From NCBI RefSeq assembly GCF_016433145.1, contig NC_058131.1, positions 485,677,229 to 485,741,228 on the forward strand: a stretch of 64,000 nucleotides of DNA. The letters are read 5' to 3'. Numbering within the stretch: the stretch's first letter is position 1; each line of letters starts with the position of its first letter. The position numbers and the translations under genes were made by a program. This document shows positions 35,780-48,444 of the stretch, piece after piece. A model generated the notes under the pieces. It saw only the letters and a program-made list of their open reading frames with translations, was not told the DNA's origin and did no database searches. Source of the stretch: Gracilinanus agilis. Its lineage: Eukaryota.

Positions 35780-38770
35780 CACCCTCACCTTCTCTGCCTT
35801 CCCCTAATTCTTAGAGGGAAGAGATGGCCCTTCTCTTTGTAAACACCAACTCCACTTTTATACTCTTGATTCGAACTCTTCCAGGATCTTGACCTTGAAA
35901 TCATACCTTCTCTCTCTCTCTAATCTTCAATTTCTCCTTATCTACTGGCTTCTTAGTCTACCTCTTCATTACTTACAGATATGCTCAGATCTTCTCATCT
36001 TTTAAAAAAAAAAGTCTTCACTTGACCGTACTAACCCCTCAACCTACAATAGGATAGCTCTTTTTAGAGCTTTTTAGAACCTTTTTAGAACCAAGTTCTT
36101 AGAAAAAATTGTCTTCATTCTTTTTCTCACCCACTCAATTCTTAATCCCTTGAAATCTAGCCTTTCATCCCACCATTACATTGAAACTACTACTGTCTCC
36201 AAAGTTAACAATGATCATTTAATTTATGGCCTTTAAACATCCCATTTTTCATATTGAGCTTGACAAATATCAAGAAGAAAGCAATTTGAACAAATTTTTG
36301 AACAAAATTTGAACAAACGAAAAGAACAAAATAGAGGTTATGTAAAACTGCACTTCTGTTTCACAGTTTAAAAAAGCATACATTAAATTGATCATGATTG
36401 TAATGAAAGTGTTCTGCTTGTGATCTCTTCTGAATTTTCTTCTGCTCTCCTCTGTGTATTTTATAATGTGTCATTGATTCTCTTTCTATATATTGTTTGC
36501 ATCTATATCACTACCATCTCACATTCACCCCTTTCATAGAAGCCCTCTCTTTTAACAACTAAACATATTTAAGCAAAACAAATCAATACATTAGCAAAGT
36601 CTGAACATGTATGACTCATTCTCCACCTTTAGTCCATCACTTCTCAGCCAAAATGTGGGAGGCATGATTGATCATTAGTTCTCTAATGGTTACTGAATTG
36701 ATTAGAGTTCTGAAGTGTTTAGGGTTATTTTTCCTTTATACTTTTTTTTGGTTATTGCATAAATTTTGTTTCTTTGTTTCTGCTTCATTTCACTTTGCAT
36801 TGATTCATACAAGTCTCCTCAGGTTTCTTTCTAACGCTATCTTATTTGTAATTTCTTAAGGCATAATAATATTGATATACATTGATAAAGTACCATTTAT
36901 TTAGTCATTGATGGGTACCCACTTTGTTTCCAGTTCTTTATTATAACAAAAGTGTTGGTATCTATGTCTATATTTCATACCACATAAATATATATCATAT
37001 ATAATAAAATATACATCACACGTATATTCATACATATGAGCATGTTCCCCTTCTTTTTGATCTTTTGGGTCAAAGTTGTATTTCTACAAATTTCTCAGTA
37101 GTTGTATTTCTAAGACACAGCAATAGGTCCCAGTTGAGTGACTTTATGGGTATTGCTCCAAATTGCTTTTGAGAATGGTTGGACCAATTTATAGTCCCAC
37201 TTGTATCATATTCTTATGTCTATACTTCCCCAGTCCATCTAACAATTGTCTTTTCCCTCTTTGCCAATTTAATGAATGAGGTAGAACCTCAGAGTTGTTT
37301 TAGTTTTTAGTTTCCCTTATTATTAATTGCTTAGAACATTTTTTCATATTGTTGTTTAGTAGTTAACATTTCTTCATTTGCAAACTGTCCATTGATAATA
37401 TGATGACCCTTTCTTAACCTTTATCCTTTTGACCCCTCTGTGATACAGTGGACCATTACCTCTTTTTAGATATTATTTTTCCTGGGATGTTCATGACATT
37501 CCTTATTCTCTTCCTAATTGTTTGTTCACTCCTTCTCAGTCTCCTTTGCTGGATCATCATCTTGCATGGGTGTATATCAGGACTCTTTTGGGTACCTCTA
37601 TAGTCTCCCAGTGACCTCATTAGTTCACACAGTTTTAAGTACTACTTCCCTATAGACAACTTCAGATCTATAGAGACAGCTCTAGTCTCTCTCCTGAATT
37701 AAACTTCATTCCTGCAGCTGCCTGTAAGACATCCTCAAATGGATGTCTCATAGGCAATTCAAACTCAATGTATCTGAAGCAGAATAAATCCTTCCACTCT
37801 TTTAGTCTCCCAGGTTTATAGTCTTGAAGTAAATCTTGACTTTTCTCTCTCCCCTCACTCCTCACATTCATTAAGTTAACTCTTATTACCCAATATCATG
37901 AGATCTCAAAATTTCTTCCTTCTGTACACTTACATAACTATCACCTTAGTTCAAACCTTCATCACTTTTTTTCTGATCAATTGCAATAGTTTCCTATTTG
38001 GAATCCTAGCTTCTAATTTCTTCTTTTTCCAAGACATCTTCCACATAGCTACCAAATGAATATCCTTAAAGCACAGTTTTGATCATGCCAGTCCTTCCAT
38101 CTCCTTAGTTATTAAGTTCCAATGGCTTTTTCCTTCCTCTAGGACAGGGATTCTTAATATGAGGCCTGTGAACTTGATTTAAAAATATTTTTATTGAATT
38201 GGTTTCCTTTGTAATTCTATATGTCTTATTCTATGTATTTAAAAACATTATTTTAGAAAAGGGTCTAGAGACTTCACCAAACTTCCATGACACAAAAAAG
38301 ATTAAGAATCCCTCCTTCTAGGATAAGACCTAACTTCTTCCGTTTAGTGAGAGTCTAGTCTACTTTTCCAGGCTTGTTGTACATTGGTCTTCTTTAAACA
38401 CTATATAATCCGGATAAACATGACTATTGTTGTGTCTTTGCTGTCTACATGACATTCCATCTCCTATTTTTGTGCTTTTGCTGTTTATCATGTTTGGGAT
38501 ATACTCCTTCCTTGTCTTTGGCTTGTAAATTCCTTAGTTTACTTTAAAGCTCTGATCAATTGGCACCTCTAATATTAGATATTTTTTAGTTTCCCAGTTG
38601 CTAGTTCTTTTTCAGAAATTACTTTGCAAATTAAAAAAAATACGTACCTATTCTTTTCTCTCCAAAGAATAAAAGCTTCCTGAGGACAGGGATGATTCTA
38701 ATTTGTCTTTGTATTCCCAGCACCTAGCTCAGTTTCTAGCAGAGACTTAATGCTTATCTAATGAGCAAAT
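35780..38770. mobile_element. Nested block of old LINE debris (L2 pieces on +, with an L1 3'-like remnant at about 36240-37400 and a MITE)
   Basis: L2 motifs (ctcaaactcaatgtatctgaa...; gcacctagc...aatgctt tail) and L1-3'-like motifs shared with 290-900. Confidence 0.55.
38145..38314. mobile_element. Older Charlie/MER5-type hAT MITE, about 170 bp
   Basis: TIRs CAGGGATTCTTAA and TTAAGAATCCCTC (12/13 match); degenerate TSD CTCTAGGA / TTCTAGGA. Confidence 0.7.
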
Positions 38771-40073
38771 GAGTAAATTTTACATACATATATGTATGCA
38801 TATATGCCTATATACATACTTAGTTGGGAGCCATGCTAAAAATAATAATTGGAACAATGGAAGCAACATAAAAAAGAAGAGAAAAACATTGAAGGCAGAG
38901 CATGATGGTCCAACCAAACGAGGTAGAAGGGGAAGGAAGATGAAGCAGTGAATGAAATTGAGAAGAAGCAGTTACACAGGCTGAAGGAGAATTATGAGAG
39001 AATAATGCCGTGACACTAAGGGAGAAGAGAGCATTGAAAGGGAGAGGGGGTGGTCGACAGTGTTAAATGCCATAGAAAGTTTAAGGCAGATGAGAACTGA
39101 GAAAAGACTAAGACAATTTCAGTTGAGTGTCAGGCTGGGGGTCATGGGGTACTCTAACCTGAGAGGTGAGCAGTTGTAAACTAATCATTGCTGAAATCTG
39201 GCAGTGTGGGGGAAGAGGTATGTAGGATCATTTGAGAGAGGTTTCAGGATCAAGGGAAGATCCATTTTAGGAGGCTGTTCCTAAGGCTATACAGCTACAT
39301 AGGCTACCCTCTGGCCACAAAAGGTCAGCATCATAATTGAAATGCAGGCATTTTGAATTGCAGTAATTCAAAATATAGGTCGGCTTTATAACCGGAATGG
39401 TACCTGACATAGATCATTGGCTAGCTGGTTAGCTCATCATTGAGAGCATCCCAAGACCAACTCAAGAAATCTCAGCCCAAGCACTAGTCTCTTATTAATA
39501 CTGGAAAAAGTCAGAATGGGAATCCTAAGCAAGAATAACTTGATTTCTCCAAGACACTTAATCAAAGCTTGGCTTCTCAGAGTGTCAGAAAGTGGTTCTA
39601 TGTCCTCAGGTAGTGCCTTACAGGCTTAAGAATCATCGTATGATATCAGCTGACTTAGAAAAGAAATACCATAACCCATTGATTTCTCCCCCCACACCCC
39701 CACCTCCACCTCTTTGCTATGTCACACTGACTGTTTATAATGGAATGAATGTAATTTGTCTTGTGTGCATTAGAATGGTGCTGCGGGGATTATTCACTTG
39801 GGACTGATTTTTGACAGGAGCTTAATAGTATTTCTACTTCCTTTAAAAGTAGTTTACCTGATTTAATTTGAGATTTCTTTTAAAACTAAAAAGGGAAATT
39901 TTTTTTTCTCCTCAGGTTAGAACATTTATTTTTAAGCTAGTGTCACTCCTTTTCCCTCTCCTTCTTTAAAAGAAAAAAGATTTTCTCCTTCAGGTATTTG
40001 CCATTTGTCTGGTGGGTTAAGTTTAGTACTCTTCCATGAGGCATCTTTGGTAGATGGTGATCAGTGCATGAAA

Positions 40074-40205
40074 NNNNNNNNNNNNNNNNNNNNNNNNNNN
40101 NNNNNNNNNNNNNNNNNNNNNNNNNNNNNNNNNNNNNNNNNNNNNNNNNNNNNNNNNNNNNNNNNNNNNNNNNNNNNNNNNNNNNNNNNNNNNNNNNNNN
40201 NNNNN
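40074..40205. other. Undetermined N run (132 nt)
   Basis: Directly visible. Confidence 0.99.
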
Positions 40206-41234
40206 AATAAATGTGTTTTCTACTGTGTGCTTAGCCTTTGATAGTGATTTGTTAAAAGAAAAAAGAGAAAGGCAATAATATTAAATATTTACAAGAGTGA
40301 TTTAGTTGTATAATCTCGTGCCCTGTATCCCTGTTTAATAGTGAAATCAGCTACAGTTTAAAGAAATGCCATTAGACCCTGGTACTGTGAAGGTCACCAA
40401 AGATACAATATCAGCAAAATTTACTAAGAGGGATAATTTTTGTCAACTGTTCAGAACCTCCGTTTTTGTCTATTTCACCCCAAAATGATCAGAAAGTAAT
40501 ACATTTAAGATTTCATGTGCTCATTTCCTCTCTCTTATCCTTTTTTCCTCCGTCTGGCCAACTCAGCATCTAGAAACCCTTTTGTAAGTCTTGTTTATCC
40601 ATTTAGTGGACAAACATGTTTTACCCTCCCTGGGGAGGAGCTGGTTACATTTCCACTTACTGGCTTTTCTATTGGTCATCGCTTGGCAGTATGCTTTAGT
40701 GGTCGGAGCCCGGTGACTGTTGTTTCTGGGAAATGGTTTATCTCATCTGAAATGATCTGTAAGCTCCTCCTCTGCCGCCTCTTCTGCCTCTTTCCAAAGA
40801 AAAGATCTTTTGGCACTTTATTATTCATGCTATTTTAAACAGTCAGCTAAAGGCTGTTAGAGTGAAGTGGGGATGTAGATTGTAGAATTCCTAGTTTCCT
40901 TCAAAGCTCACATGTTACCTCCTACATTCTGCTTCTGTCAGCTGCTAAAACCCTCCCAACCTTTCATACTTTTTATTAATTTTAAAAAATGTGGACATAT
41001 ATAATCTATATATATTAATGCACACATTTTGTTAATATAACATACATACATACGTGTACCCACATCTCTCTCTCTCTCTCTCTCTGTAAAATTTGGCCTT
41101 GTTGCCTCAAGTCTCTTTCCTCCATCATCAATCCTCCATTTAGCTGCTAAATTTTCCTAAAGCATGGGCTGGACTGTATTGTTCCCCTACTCAATAAATT
41201 CCAATGGCTTCCTATTGCTTCTGGGGTATTCAGT

Positions 41235-41395
41235 TGTTTTTGTTGTTGTGTCCAATGCCACATTTGGAGTTGTCTTGACAAAGATATTAGAGTAGTTTTG
41301 ACATTTCCTTCTCCAGCTCATTTGATAGACGAGGAAACTGAGGCAAACTGGGCTAAGTTGGTCAGATTTGAACTCAGGAAGATGAGCCTTTTTAG
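41235..41395 (-). mobile_element. MAR1-like SINE inside an L2 remnant
   Basis: ttgacaaagatattagagtag...gaggaaactgaggcaaac. Confidence 0.7.
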
Positions 41396-42024
41396 AAATT
41401 CTTCTCTTTGGCATTTAAAGCCCTTAACAATTTGGCCCCAACCTAACTTTCCAGACTCATTATACTCAATTTCATACACTCTTGGGTTTTGCCAAAGTGG
41501 TCTTCTTGTTCCCCACACAGGACATACTACATGTCTTTTTGCTGTAAGTGCCCAGAATTGTTATACATTTCCTTTTAACTTTACCTTTTAGAATCACTTA
41601 TTCAAAACTCAAACAGGGCCCAAATGATTTTATTATACTGATTCTACTCCCTGTTTAAATAATGTTCCAAATAGCTGGCTGAAACTGATTGGCACTTGGC
41701 TTTTTTTTCTCATGTAATTATTAAGAAATTTCTTTTTAATGGTATTTGTTATCATCACATTTGACTTTCATTTAATGCTATCTCAGATCCTCCTACGTCA
41801 TTATAAACCAGCATTACTTATGCCAGTGCTAGAACACTAAGGACATTAGGTAGGGATATTCTTTAAGCCAACTCTAATTGACTTGGGAACCCTATTGGTA
41901 TGAGATTTCATGAGCATTCCTATCTCAGAAACTTCCAGTCACTAGAGATCAGGGTTTAATTTATTGTTTTGTTCATTTTCTAGTTTTAACAAAGTATTAA
42001 CAATGTAGATTAAATCTATTTATG

Positions 42025-42215
42025 TTTGAACTTTTACCTTCTGTTTAAAAACTGATACTAAGTGTGGATTCCAAGGCAGTAGAGCAGTAGAGATGAGGCA
42101 ATTGGGGTGAAGTGAATTGCCCAGGGTCTCACAGCCAGGAAGTGTCTGAGGCCAGATTTGAAGCCAGGATCTCCTGTATCCAGGCCTGGCTCTCTATCTA
42201 CTGAGCCACCACACC
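42025..42215 (-). mobile_element. SINE1/SINE2_Mdo-like SINE
   Basis: Family motifs. Confidence 0.75.
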
Positions 42216-43024
42216 ACCCAAATGTAGATTAAATTAAAAATATGTCTTCATAAGATAATTACTTTTTCCCCTGAGAAAGTCAGTTGTTAAACATTTACCA
42301 GTGCATCCTGGCCTCAGTGTAGCTATGAGTGCTTCCATAGTGGAAAAGAGAACTGGGCAACCAAAATCCCTGACCACGATGCCCCCTTCCATAACATTAA
42401 CCCCCTCTATAAAAATAACATTTGGTTATTCTCTTCAAAATCCCCTTTCTATCTACAAAATATGACTCCTCTGATTTTCTTTAGATGGAGTTTCATGCTA
42501 ACTTCCTCCTCCTCAAATCCACATTTCCATGTTGGGGTTTTTACTTTTTATCTTTACTTAATAAAATTTTTATACTTGTATTCAAATGTGCATGTTTACA
42601 TAGAATTTATATATTATTTTGTAAATGTATGTAGTTATGGATACATATCTCTAATATATTTTATATATTTATTTTTGTTATACTGATTTCTTTCATCACA
42701 GTTATCTCTAGGTAGAGAATTTTCTCTTCCCCCAAATCAACACTCTCTTTTTACAAAGAAAAAAAAACAGTTAAGCAAAAACAACTGATGCTGTAATTGT
42801 GTGACAATATATGTGATTCTCCCCCTCTGCAGTTCTCCCCAGTGTGTCTTCTTAGAGGGCAGAAGTATATTTCATTGGTTCTTATTCAGGACCTACCTTG
42901 GTTGTTAAAATTCCTCAAGAGTTAGGCTTCTTTTTAGTCCTTTTTTCATGTATGGACTATAGGCTTAGTTTTGCTCTTCTGTTTCTGCTTATTTTTGTAT
43001 CAGTTCATATAAATCTTCCCATAT

Positions 43025-43205
43025 TTTTCATGTTACTCATTTCTCACTGAATAATAAAACAGAATTGCTCAAAAAATGGAATACTTTCAAAAATGTATTT
43101 CTCAGTCTCTGTATCTTTCTCATGTTCCTTATTTCTCACTGCATAATAATACAGGTTTGCTCAAAAAGAACTGAATACTTTAAAAAATGTATTTCTTATT
43201 CTAAC
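43025..43205. repeat. Two-copy tandem duplication, 92-bp period
   Basis: tcatgtt..atttctcactg.ataata..acag..ttgctcaaaaa..gaatactt..aaaaatgtatttct repeated at offset 92. Confidence 0.85.
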
Positions 43206-43474
43206 CAGGTTATATATGAACACGTAGTCAAGACCAATTTGTAAAGTAACTATTTTGAAGAAAACTGATATATGTAAGGGTAACTATAATGTAGTGCACA
43301 TTGCATCTTTATATATAACCTAGTGAATGAATAATCACATTTTCCAAAGTATCCAATTCTTTTTTAATCACTCTGTATTCTATGTCATTTATAAACCATG
43401 GTTTGTATAGCCATTCTACTTTGCTTCTAGTACTTTGCTATCCTTTACAGGGTTTAAAAAAAAACAAAATAGAA

Positions 43475-43670
43475 GGGGCAGCTAGGTAGCTCAAAAGATA
43501 GAGTGTCAGATGTGAAGTCAGAAGGACATGGGTTCAAATATGGACTCAGATACTTCCTAGCTGTGTGATCCTAGGCAAGTCATTTAAAACCAATTACCTA
43601 GCCCTTTCCACCCTTCTGTCTTGGACTCCCTTTTTAGTATTGATACTAAGATAGGAGGTAAGAGTTTAAA
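43475..43670 (+). mobile_element. SINE1/SINE2_Mdo-like SINE
   Basis: GGGGCAGCTAGGTAGCTCA...GGTTCAAAT...GCTGTGTGA. Confidence 0.75.
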
Positions 43671-43960
43671 AATAGGTTTTAAGAAACCCAAACATGGTTC
43701 AAACTTGTTGTGTCATATTATACTTTATGTGACCCTGTGCTAGTTAGTCACTCAGTGGTGAAAGCAACTCTCTAAGATAATAGATTGAAGAGAGATACCA
43801 GCTTTCATTGGTAGAGAGTTGCCTCATCTAGAAGCTCCATATGCCAGTAGAATGGCATATAACTGGTCCATTGGCAAGGACTTGGAAATAAAATTGTTTT
43901 ATACTGATTTCTGTTGTAATAGGATTTATAAGGGGTTTTGAGATCTCCCTCTCTCTTTAT

Positions 43961-44000
43961 ATATATATATATGTACATATATATGTACATATATATATAT
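43961..44000. repeat. Perfect 40-bp AT-rich palindrome
   Basis: (AT)6GTAC(AT)4GTAC(AT)6 is its own reverse complement. Confidence 0.9.
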
Positions 44001-44149
44001 GAGAGAAAGAGAGAGATAGATTTATGGATTTGAGATTTTACATATAAAATCTCTCTCAATTCATAAATCCATATCGCTCTATATAACATACCTCAAATCC
44101 ATAAATGAGGTACAGGGACTTTGACCAAATTGGTATTTTTTAACAACAA

Positions 44150-45270
44150 ATGTGTAGCAATAACAAGTATTTATTAAGTACCTTCTATGTGCCAGGTAAG
44201 TACTAAATGCTGGAAATAACCATCTAATGGGGAAGACATCCTTCAAATAGTTTTATGCAAGCCAAGTATATATAAGGATAAATGAGAGATAATCTTAGGG
44301 GGTTGGCATTGGTCTTAAAGGGAGCTGAGAAAGGCTTCTTGCTGAAAGTAAGAGTTTAGCTGAGACTTGAAGGAAGCCAGGAGTCAAAGTCTAGAGGAAT
44401 TCCAGGCATGGGGGACAACAAGTAAAAATGCAATGAGGAGAGACCGAGGAACAGTAAGCAGACCAGTGTCACTGGATTATAGGACTGCTGAAAAGAAATA
44501 AGGTTTAAAAAGACTAGAAAGGTAGGAAAGGGTCAGGCTATATAAAGGGTTTTAAAAATCAACAGAGAAATTTATATATGTTCCTGTAGGTAACAGGGAG
44601 CCATTGAGTTCATTGAAGAGGGAGGTGACATAGTTAGACCTATACTTTAGGAAGACTTTGATAGCTGAGTGGAGGATGAATTGGATTTGAGTCAGGGAGG
44701 CCAAATGAAACTGTTTTAAAATGAATCTAGGTGTGGGGTGATGAGAGCCAGTACCAGGGTAGTAGCTTTGTCAGAGGAGAGAAGGATATATATATATGAA
44801 AAATGCTGTGAAGGTAGTTATTGTGGCACAGTGATGTTCCAACTCTTTGTGGTGACCCCATTTGGGGTTTTCTTGGCAAAGATTTTGGAGTGATTTACTC
44901 TTTCTTTCCCCAACTAATTTTACAGATTAGGAAACTGAGGCAAACAGGATTAAGTGAATTCCCAAGGTCACACAGTGATTAAGGGTCTGAGACTCAGGCC
45001 TTCCTGACTTCAGGCCCTGGGTTCTATCCACTGTGCCACTTAGAACTAATACAACCTTTTCCTTTTTTTTTTTTTTTTTTTTAATCCTTTACCTTCTTAG
45101 AATTAATGTATTGATTCCAAGGCAGAAGAGGAGTAAGGGCTGGCAATGGAGGTTGAGTGACTTGCCCTGGGTCATATAGTTAGGAAGTGTTTGAGTTGAA
45201 ACTTGAACCCAGGACCTCCCATCTCCAGGTCTGGCTTTCTTTTCACTGAGCCGCCTAACTGTGCCTCATT
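44150..45270 (-). mobile_element. Consecutive L2 remnant (about 44150-44820), MAR1 (about 44830-45045) and SINE1 (about 45062-45270)
   Basis: Family motifs as above. Confidence 0.65.
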
Positions 45271-46094
45271 CTTTTTTTTTTTTTTAATGAATAATCCAGG
45301 AATAAGAACACCTAGTTGCCCCCTTGGCATCTGCTTTTGTATTGTTTTGTTCACCATACAGGACCCCATCCTCGACCTCCTTTTATTCTGGTTTAACAAA
45401 GGGGGAAGACCTTATATAAATTGATTGTCTCCTATTTCCTAGCTATGAAAAAGAATGAGATAGAGCTGGTTCTTATTGAGTATTGGTTTGTTAGCAGGTA
45501 AGTATTACTAATGGCTACTCATTTAAATTCTTAGATTTTTATGTTATTCCATCCTACTCTATACCTAGGAGAGGTTAAAACTATGATTTTCTGACAAGGA
45601 TTCTTTTTGTCTTCTTCCTCCCTCCTCCCAAGCCCCCTCTTTTACTTTTTACCTTTTATCCATTGTGAGGGAGGCTGTTTGAGCAAGGCTTCTGGAATAG
45701 ATGTCAGAGCTTGGCTAATTCTGGCCGTGTGAGTTTTCTTTTCTTCTGTTTTATCTGGCTCTTTTTGTTTCTTTGTATGCAAGTCTATGATTAGTATTGA
45801 GTCCTTTCCAGAATGCCAGCAATTATCTCACAGGTGGAAGGATTAAGAAAGAACAGGGAGAATTGCACTGGGATTAAAATGAAGGTTTTTTTCTTTCTCC
45901 CCTTTAAATATAGAGACAGAAAGAGGTAGGGAGGGAGGGGGAAGGCAAAAGGAGTGTGGAAAAAATTGTAGGCACCCAGAGGAAGAAAGGGTTACTCTGA
46001 GAGCATGATGATGGTTGGTTTAGGAAAGCTCTTGGCCCTTTGTCTTATTGGGAATGGTGGTGGATCCTGAGAGGGGGATGACAGTTTTTTATTT

Positions 46095-46290
46095 TACTAT
46101 TAAAAATACTTTCTGTGTCAGAATCAGTTCTGTGTATTGGTTCCTAGGCAGAAGAGTGGTAAAGGCTAGGCAATGGGGGTTAAGTGATTTACCCAGGGTC
46201 ACACAGCTAAGAAGTATCTCAGACCAGATTTGAACTCAAGACCTTCCCCTCTAGGCCTGGCTCTGTATCCACTGAGCCACCTAACTGACC
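46095..46290 (-). mobile_element. SINE1_Mdo-like SINE
   Basis: Family motifs. Confidence 0.8.
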
Positions 46291-46500
46291 ATCAGTATTT
46301 CTTACTAATAACCTAGGAATAGCTTGGTACCAGCCACATCTGCTATATAACTTCATCTGAAGGGAGTTAATAGAAGTTCGTCTGATCATTGATCTAAAGC
46401 TGTCCTATCTGGCATATTTTACAGATGAAGAAACTGAGCCTCAAGGAAGTCTGGCTATCTATCCAAGATCATACAGGTCATGAACATAAGAGGTAGAATT

Positions 46501-46700
46501 TTTTTTAAACCCTTACCTTCAGTCTTGGAGTCAATACTGTATACTGGCTCCAAGGCAGAAGAGTGGTAAGGGTTAGGCAATGGGGGTTAAGTGACTTGCC
46601 CAGGGTCACACAGCTGGGAAGTGTCTGAGGCCAGATTTGAACTTAGGACCTCTCGTCTCTAGGCTTGGGCTCTCAATCCACCGAGCTACCCAACTGCCCC
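46501..46700 (-). mobile_element. Young SINE1_Mdo with TSD, inserted in a MIR
   Basis: AAGAGGTAGAATT at 46488-46500 and 46703-46715. Confidence 0.9.
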
Positions 46701-47579
46701 TCAAGAGGTAGAATTTGAACTTAGTTCTTTCATACCCAGAGTCAGTGCTCTTTCCCTTGTATGCATACGTGAACAGAGAGGGCAGAGCCAAGCTATATTT
46801 GAGGACATAGCAGTATCAAAATGGTTTGTTTACCTGGAGAGAGTAAGATGGTTTTCTGTAGAAAGAAGGCTATCCTGGTTGTTTTAGATTAAGTGAATGC
46901 CTATTCAATGTAGTGTTGTCCTAGACTTTGTAGGGGCTACTTTAGAAGTTCAAGACAATATGGTTCCTGTGTTTAAGACACTTTCTAGTTGGGGAGCTAT
47001 AATAATAATAATAATAATAATAATGCTGCATAATGATACAAAGGTAAATGACAGCTTAAAAAAATCTATCATGAGATCATACATGATGTAGATTTTAAAA
47101 TTAATATCCAATACTCCAAGTATTATATTTAAAAAGATTTATTAAATTTAACTTGAAGCAAAAGGGAAAACTAAAAAGCCTAGAGTCCAGAGGGAGCTCA
47201 CCCAAGCCACTCATGTGGAAGAGAGAGAGTGGGGGAGGAGCTTACAGAATTATATAAACAGTTAGGTAAAGATGTATGTAGACGAAAAGGGAAGAAGGAA
47301 TTTTGGGATGGAAAAAGAATTCTGTGAGATGGAGTCAAAGGGTTCAAGATTTCTTCTAAACTTCACATGAGATATGTAATTCATGCAGTGAATTCAGAGG
47401 AGGAAGAAAAATGGGTCCAAGTGGTCTGGGAAGGCTTCATTGTAAGAGGAAGGATTTGAAATGAGTTTTGAAAGATGATTAGGAATTGGATAAATGCATT
47501 GGCCAACTCAGATGCCCAGAATTCCTTCTCTCCTTGCCTCTTCTTTAGAGTCTCACTCTTCCTTTAAGGTGCTCCTCAA

Positions 47580-48282
47580 GCTGGGGATGGTGCTATTAGC
47601 CTATAATTCCTGCTATTCTTGAAGCCAAGCCTAGTGGATTGTTTGAACTGGGGTGTTCTGAGCTGTCAGAACCAATGTTTTAGCAGTAGTCCAGCACCAA
47701 TAAGAGAGTAAGGGGCTATTAGGTTACCCAAGAAGGGATAAATTCAGCCCAGGTTGGAGGAAGTTCCTTTGCTGAGGAGAGTGGGATTGGACCCCTAAGT
47801 AGCCCCTTCCTACACTTCCAGCCTGTGGTTTAGTATTAGGAAAGCCATCAGCATAATTGGCCATATCAATAATCAAAGCAACAGAATCACATGATTATCT
47901 CACTAGATGCAGAAAAAGCCTTTGACAAAATACAACACCCATTCCTATTGAAAACACTAGAAAGTATAGGGATAAAAGGGTCTTTCCTCAAAATAATAAA
48001 TAGTATTTATTTAAAATCATCAGCAGTATCATCTACAATGGGGATAAGTTAGAAGCCTTCCCCAAAAGATCAGGAATGAAGCAGGGATGCCCACTATTGC
48101 CACTACTATTTAATATTATTCTAGAAACACTAGCGGTAGCAATTAGAGAAGAAAAAGAAATTGAAGGGTTTAAAGTAGACAATGATGAAACTAAACTCAC
48201 TCATTGCAGATGATATGATGGCATACTTAGAGAATCCTAGAAAATCAATTATGCTTCCAGTCTGGGTAAGATAGGGAGACCC
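47580..48282 (+). pseudogene. Second degenerate 7SL retrocopy, interrupted near its 3' end by an L1 fragment
   Basis: gctggggatggtg..gcctataattcctgcta...gttctgagctg...gcccaggttgg...gtgggat...cttccagcctg, resuming as cttccagtctgggtaagatagggagaccc (7SL 3' end). Confidence 0.7.
47826..48248 (+). mobile_element. Internal L1 ORF2 reverse-transcriptase fragment (frameshifted)
   Basis: Translates to [74 protein letters not shown]. Confidence 0.93.
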
Positions 48283-48444
48283 AATTTTATTTTAAGAGCT
48301 ACCTCAGGCATCATCTATAAGCCTTTCCTGATCCCACCAGTTGCTAGTGTTCTCTCTCCCAAACCACTTTGTATTTAACTTCTTTATACATGTGTAAATA
48401 TCCATATGTAGGTTATTAATTTTATATTTATGTACATCTATTTA

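Noticed and set aside
44191-44201. Perfect donor CAG|GTAAGT
   Set aside because: Lies in an L2 tail with no credible upstream acceptor.
47826-48248. Active or domesticated reverse transcriptase
   Set aside because: Only 423 bp, with multiple frameshifts and no flanking ORF2.
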